Source of the DNA: Vicugna vicugna
Lineage: Eukaryota
DNA length: 37,519 bases
Assembly: GCA_013265495.1 (NCBI GenBank)
Contig: MU058444.1
Coordinates: 2,790,001 to 2,827,519 of the forward strand
Direction of reading: 5' to 3'
Part shown: positions 36,858 to 37,519 of the stretch, piece by piece
Layout: every line of letters begins with the position of its first letter
Numbering within the stretch: position 1 is the stretch's first letter
Made by a program: the position numbers and the translations under genes
The notes under the pieces: model-generated
Told to the model about the DNA's origin: nothing
The model's input: the letters and a program-made list of their open reading frames with translations, nothing else
Database searches by the model: none

Positions 36858-36950
36858 TGCCATTTTACAAATGAGAATAGTGCAAGCTGCCACCGTTTGC
36901 CAAACTAACGATTTAAAAGACAGAAGTAAGAGCAGGCCTTCAGACTCCTC
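36858..36950 (-). mobile_element. MIR fragment
   Basis: ccattttacaaatgag core only; degenerate. Confidence 0.4.
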
Positions 36951-37519
36951 CCTATGCTGTTTTCATCGCCCCATGTGTAAGAGATCCCGGCAGCTAAACA
37001 GTCGTCTGGTTGTGTCCGACATTAAAATGTAAGATATTAAAGCTAAGCGGCAGCTGTTGGTTTAACTTGGCGTCAGCTCTGTGCCGCGGCACTGCTGTGA
37101 TAAAAGGAGCGGGCAGAGCCCGGGGAGACGCTGCCCCAGGTCTGTGCCCAGAGCGAGAAGTAACAGCAGCGTGAGAAGCCGTGCCTGGGCCGGGTCGTCC
37201 GTGTCTCTGGCATTCCACTCATCCTGCTCCCAGTGACTCTGAGGCCCTCTTAGCCCGTGGAGGGCGGGCTACAGAGAGGGAAATCTACGCTTGTGACAGC
37301 CCCCTGGCCAGCGGCTGCAGCGTCCCAAGGTAGGCCGTGGTTCCGCTTCATAATCCAGGAACCCATTGTTCAGTCAGTGACTTGACTGACTGGAAACAAC
37401 AGCCTTTCTACAGAGCATCTTGAGAGCATGTGTTTTTCAGCATAAAGAATCTATACTTAACATACCTAGCAGACAGCAAGTGGAGCATCTGGAATTCTGT
37501 GCACCTGTAGTGGTACCTT

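Larger units (their letters stand above)
18512..37519 (+). other. PRIM2: PRIM2 intron downstream of the exon (partial)
   Basis: Starts gtaaaa; the next exon (expected [23 protein letters not shown]) was not found in the window. Confidence 0.8.

Noticed and set aside
1..37519. Prokaryotic-type systems (CRISPR arrays, operons, defence islands)
   Set aside because: The sequence is mammalian intron; I saw no regularly spaced repeats or dense coding regions.

Overview
Mammalian genomic DNA, most likely from a camelid, inferred from eight copies of a tRNA-Ala(AGC)-derived SINE resembling the camelid Vic-1 family. The window lies inside PRIM2 (DNA primase large subunit p58), transcribed on the + strand. 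The only coding sequence I can support is one 68-nt internal exon at 18444-18511 ([22 protein letters not shown], probably exon 8), which the ORF track misses. Everything else is intron rich in transposon relics: a sense-oriented L1 with its 5' end kept and 3' end lost, several antisense L1 3' ends, L2/MIR fragments, MER3, MER33, an MLT1 LTR and SINEs. There is also a 75-N assembly gap. The other listed ORFs are L1 remnants or have no homology I recognise. I found no convincing novel biological system. The best leads are a candidate truncating alternative last exon, an RFX X-box, alternating inverted SINEs, a 33-nt L1 micro-insertion and a speculative antisense exon chain. Repeat family names come from recalled consensus sequences and repeat boundaries are approximate.
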